A stretch of DNA of 64,000 nucleotides, from NCBI GenBank assembly GCA_965219445.1, contig CBDCNQ010000005.1, positions 1,216,001 to 1,280,000 of the forward strand, in the 5' to 3' direction. Origin of the DNA: Longimicrobiales bacterium. Its GTDB lineage: Bacteria > Gemmatimonadota > Gemmatimonadetes > Longimicrobiales > Gaopeijiaceae. Position numbers and translations under genes: made by a program. The notes under the pieces were generated by a model. It ran no database searches and had not been told where the DNA came from. It was given only the letters and a program-made list of their open reading frames with translations. Of the stretch, positions 60,891-64,000 are shown one piece after another (within the stretch, counting starts at the first letter, position 1; every line of letters begins with the position of its first letter).

Positions 60891-63236
60891 ATGAAAAACG
60901 CAAGTTTCCTATCGTCGTGGTCGTTGTTGGCGTCGACCCTGGCCCTGGCTCTATCAAATCCGGTTTCGACGGCCGCCCAATCGGGCTCGTCCGCGCTTTC
61001 CTCAGATGCCAATCTGAACCCGCCAGGGCCGGTGTCGCCGGCCTCGGTCGCGCGTACGGATCTGGGGCGGGCCACGGTTCGTGCGATCAGGCTCACCGAG
61101 CCGCTGAACCTGGACGGCGTTTTGGACGAAGCGGTTTATGAGGCGAACCTGCCGGCCGACGGTTTCATGCAAACCATTCCCCAAGAGGGGCAGCCCGTGT
61201 CCGAAAGGACCGAGGCCTGGGTCATGTACGACGACGAGAACATTTACCTGGTTTGCCGCTGCTGGGACTCCGCAGGGCCCGAAGGGTGGATCGCCAATGA
61301 GATGCGCCGTGATACGAATGGGTTGCGGGAGAATGACTTTTTCGGTGCCCTCTTCGACACGTTCCACGATGGCCGCAATGGCTTCAACTTCTATGCGAAC
61401 ATGCTTGGGGCGCGCAACGACCAGTGGGTCACAGATGAGGGCAGTCCAAACCAGGACTGGAACCCCGTCTGGTCCGTCCGGACGGGCCAGTTCGACGGTG
61501 GCTGGGCGGTGGAAATGGCCATTCCCTTCAAGTCGCTCCGGTATCTGTCCGGAGACGATCAGACTTGGGGGATCCAGATGCGGCGTTCTATTCGGCGTAA
61601 GAACGAGTACGCGCATCTTGCGTTCGTTCCGGCTTCGGCCGGCGGCAGGCAGAGTATCAATCGGGTGTCGGCCGCAGCGGATCTGGTTGGCCTTGATCTG
61701 CCTCCGGCGGGAAAAAACATCGAGCTCAAGCCGTATGCGACCTCGAGTCTGACGAGCGACTACACACAGACACCGGCCATATCGAATGATGCCGCCGGCG
61801 ACTTGGGTGGCGATCTCAAGTTGGGCATTACAGCCAACATCACTGCGGACCTGACGTACAACACCGACTTCGCACAGGTGGAGGTGGACGAGCGTCAGGT
61901 GAACCTGACCCGTTTCAGCCTCTTGTTTCCCGAGAAGAGAGAGTTCTTTCTGGAGGGCCGAGGGACCTTCGACTTTGGCAGGGCAAGGGGCGGCGGAGGC
62001 CGTGGCGGATTTGGAGGCCGAGGCGGTGGCGGTGGCGGAGGCAGAGGCGGCGGTGCAGCGCCTACCGTCTTTTATTCAAGACGGATTGGACTGAGCGACG
62101 CTGAGGCGGTTCCGATCCTCGGTGGCGGTCGGGTGACCGGCAAAGCGGGTCGGTTCGGTTTCGGGCTCATGAACGTCCAGACCGACCGGGTCACGGGCGT
62201 TACGCCTGAGACCAATTTCAGCGTCGTGCGGGTCAAACGTGACGTTCTACGACGTAGCAGTATCGGCGCGCTCTTCACGAATCGGTCGAGGTCGGTGGAC
62301 GTCGATGGCGCCAACCAGGTGTACGGCGTCGACGGTAACTTCGCTTTCGGCCAGAGCGTCAACTTCGGAGGGTTCTACTCTCAGTCGCGGACGCCCGGAT
62401 TGAACAGCGAGAACGAGAGCTATGTGGGCCGGGCCAACTACGGGGGAGACCGGTATGGGCTGGGCGGCGAATACCTCGTTGTCGGGGAAAACTTCAATCC
62501 CGAGATCGGTCTGGTCCGCCGCGACAATTTCCGTCGCTATTCCACTACGGCGCGGTTCAGCCCACGCCCCCGGGGAATCGAGTCGATACGCCAATTCAGA
62601 TTCACCGGTGGCTATGAGCGCATCGAAAGCCTAGACCTCGCGGTGCTCGAGACCGAAGTCTGGACCGGTGGCTTCAACATCGAGTTCGAGAACAGTGACC
62701 AGGTCGGTGTGCGGGGCGCCATCAACTTCGAACGACTCGATGAGCCTCTAAGGGTTTCCAGTGCTGTCTCGGTTCCAGTCGGCGACTACAATTTCAACAG
62801 CGTCACCCTCCAGTACAATTTCGGTGGCCAGCGTCGGGTTTCGGGGTTTACGTTCCTCGAGATAGGCGAGTTCTACGACGGCACGATCACGTCCGTACGG
62901 TACCACCGAGGGCGAATCGCAGTGCTCGATCAGTTCTCACTGGAGCCCAGCGTTTCGTTCAACGATGTGAAGCTCCCGGCTGGTGATTTCACGACCACCC
63001 TGGTGGGCCTCCGAGCCGACTACGCATTCACGCCCTTGATGTTCGCGGGAGGGCTGATCCAGTACGACTCCGACAGCGACTCGTTCAGCAGCAATTTACG
63101 GTTCCGGTGGGAATATGCCCCGGGCAGCGAGTTTTTTGCGGTCTACACCGATGAGCGGACCACCCGAGGAAGGGGCTTCCCCGGGCTCGAGAACCGGGCC
63201 TTCGTTCTAAAGATCAACAGACTCTTTCGGTTCTAG
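60891..63236 (+). CDS. DUF5916 / CBM9-like domain outer-membrane protein
   Basis: Signal peptide, LDGVLDE, DTFHD, EMAIPFKSLRY, NTDFAQVEVD, FPEKREFFLEG, terminal Phe. Confidence 0.88.
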   Translation: MKNASFLSSWSLLASTLALALSNPVSTAAQSGSSALSSDANLNPPGPVSPASVARTDLGRATVRAIRLTEPLNLDGVLDEAVYEANLPADGFMQTIPQEGQPVSERTEAWVMYDDENIYLVCRCWDSAGPEGWIANEMRRDTNGLRENDFFGALFDTFHDGRNGFNFYANMLGARNDQWVTDEGSPNQDWNPVWSVRTGQFDGGWAVEMAIPFKSLRYLSGDDQTWGIQMRRSIRRKNEYAHLAFVPASAGGRQSINRVSAAADLVGLDLPPAGKNIELKPYATSSLTSDYTQTPAISNDAAGDLGGDLKLGITANITADLTYNTDFAQVEVDERQVNLTRFSLLFPEKREFFLEGRGTFDFGRARGGGGRGGFGGRGGGGGGGRGGGAAPTVFYSRRIGLSDAEAVPILGGGRVTGKAGRFGFGLMNVQTDRVTGVTPETNFSVVRVKRDVLRRSSIGALFTNRSRSVDVDGANQVYGVDGNFAFGQSVNFGGFYSQSRTPGLNSENESYVGRANYGGDRYGLGGEYLVVGENFNPEIGLVRRDNFRRYSTTARFSPRPRGIESIRQFRFTGGYERIESLDLAVLETEVWTGGFNIEFENSDQVGVRGAINFERLDEPLRVSSAVSVPVGDYNFNSVTLQYNFGGQRRVSGFTFLEIGEFYDGTITSVRYHRGRIAVLDQFSLEPSVSFNDVKLPAGDFTTTLVGLRADYAFTPLMFAGGLIQYDSDSDSFSSNLRFRWEYAPGSEFFAVYTDERTTRGRGFPGLENRAFVLKINRLFRF

Positions 63237-63325
63237 GAGGGCCCCTGTTCTTCTTTCAACAGGCCTCCAGTCGAGAGGCCTGAGAGACTTGCCCCCTGCC
63301 CAAGGGAGTCCGTATCCTCGGTAGC

Positions 63326-63505
63326 GTGCACCATTACCATTTTGCGGTATTCGCTCTCGATGAGGAGCTCGACCTGCCGCCGGGCCTCGACCGAAGCGAA
63401 CTGCTGGAGGCGATCGAGGGGCATGTGATCGGCCAGGGGGATATGGTCACGCTGTATGAGCGGCAACCTATGAACTGGCTTCCAACAGGGAGAAGTCATG
63501 ACTGA
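63326..63505 (+). pseudogene. Remnant of YbhB/YbcL (PEBP family) gene, C-terminal part only
   Basis: VHHYHFAVFALDEELDLPPGLDRSELLEAIEGHVIGQGDMVTLYER. Confidence 0.7.
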
Positions 63506-64000
63506 CTCGAACGGCCCGCGTCCTACCATTTCGCGCAGAGATCTGCTCCGGACCGCCGGGGCCGCCGGAGCGGCGGCGCTGGTTCCCGATGCTGTGGGCG
63601 CTGCAACGGAAGAGACGCCTGCGACCGCATCACCCGCAGCGACCGGGGAGCAGGTAGGCGGTCTGTTACCTGACACCACGCCGTTGTTCGCCGGCCCAAT
63701 GACGAATCTGACGGCGAGTGAGACCGAGATTCTGAGCGCGATGGTCGATCGGCTGATCCCCACCGACGAGTTGGGCCCCGGCGCTCTCGACGCCGGCGTT
63801 CTCCAGTTCATCGATCGCGCCCTGAGCGAAGCGGCGTCCGATGCCGCCGAGGCCTATCGGTCCGGCCTGGCGGCCCTCGACGCCTACAGCCGATACACGC
63901 GGGGCGGCCCGTTCATCGACCTCTCTACAATCGATCAGGACTCGGTGCTCATCGACGTCCAGACCGGAGCGGCGACCGGTGCGGGCGCCGGTTTCGTGGG
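63498..64000 (+). CDS. Gluconate 2-dehydrogenase subunit 3 family protein (runs off right edge)
   Basis: Tat signal SRRDLL; LSAMVDRLIPTDELGPGALDAGVLQFIDRAL. Confidence 0.85.
   Translation, partial: MTDSNGPRPTISRRDLLRTAGAAGAAALVPDAVGAATEETPATASPAATGEQVGGLLPDTTPLFAGPMTNLTASETEILSAMVDRLIPTDELGPGALDAGVLQFIDRALSEAASDAAEAYRSGLAALDAYSRYTRGGPFIDLSTIDQDSVLIDVQTGAATGAGAGFV

Noticed and set aside
61978..62060. Gly/Arg-rich low-complexity insert in the DUF5916 protein
   Set aside because: It is an in-frame flexible loop, not a repeat array, and RGG-type RNA binding is unlikely in an exported protein.

Overview
A GC-rich bacterial chromosomal segment made mostly of housekeeping genes. The gene content suggests Gemmatimonadota, but this is inference only. 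It contains beta-oxidation genes, rpsU, ssb, recF-dciA-gyrB, an L-lactate permease, thyX interrupted by an HNH-containing intein, a DAK2-DegV fusion, rho, mlaEFD, trxB, fumC, a candidate 6S RNA, a Fur-family regulator with a MerC-like partner, and many secreted or outer-membrane proteins. The most unusual feature is a cluster of unannotated genes at 6.9-10.4 kb. Three of its proteins share one motif-defined domain, two of those also share a second domain in swapped order, and a ribbon-helix-helix-like gene and an AT-rich promoter region sit among them. The window also has several deletion scars and gene remnants, 1-2 bp frameshifts that may be assembly errors, and a dispersed AAGG(C/T)CTGTTGAA terminal-repeat-like motif. 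No CRISPR array, rRNA, intact tRNA, transposase or integrase was seen. All calls come from reading motifs by eye; no database searches were run.
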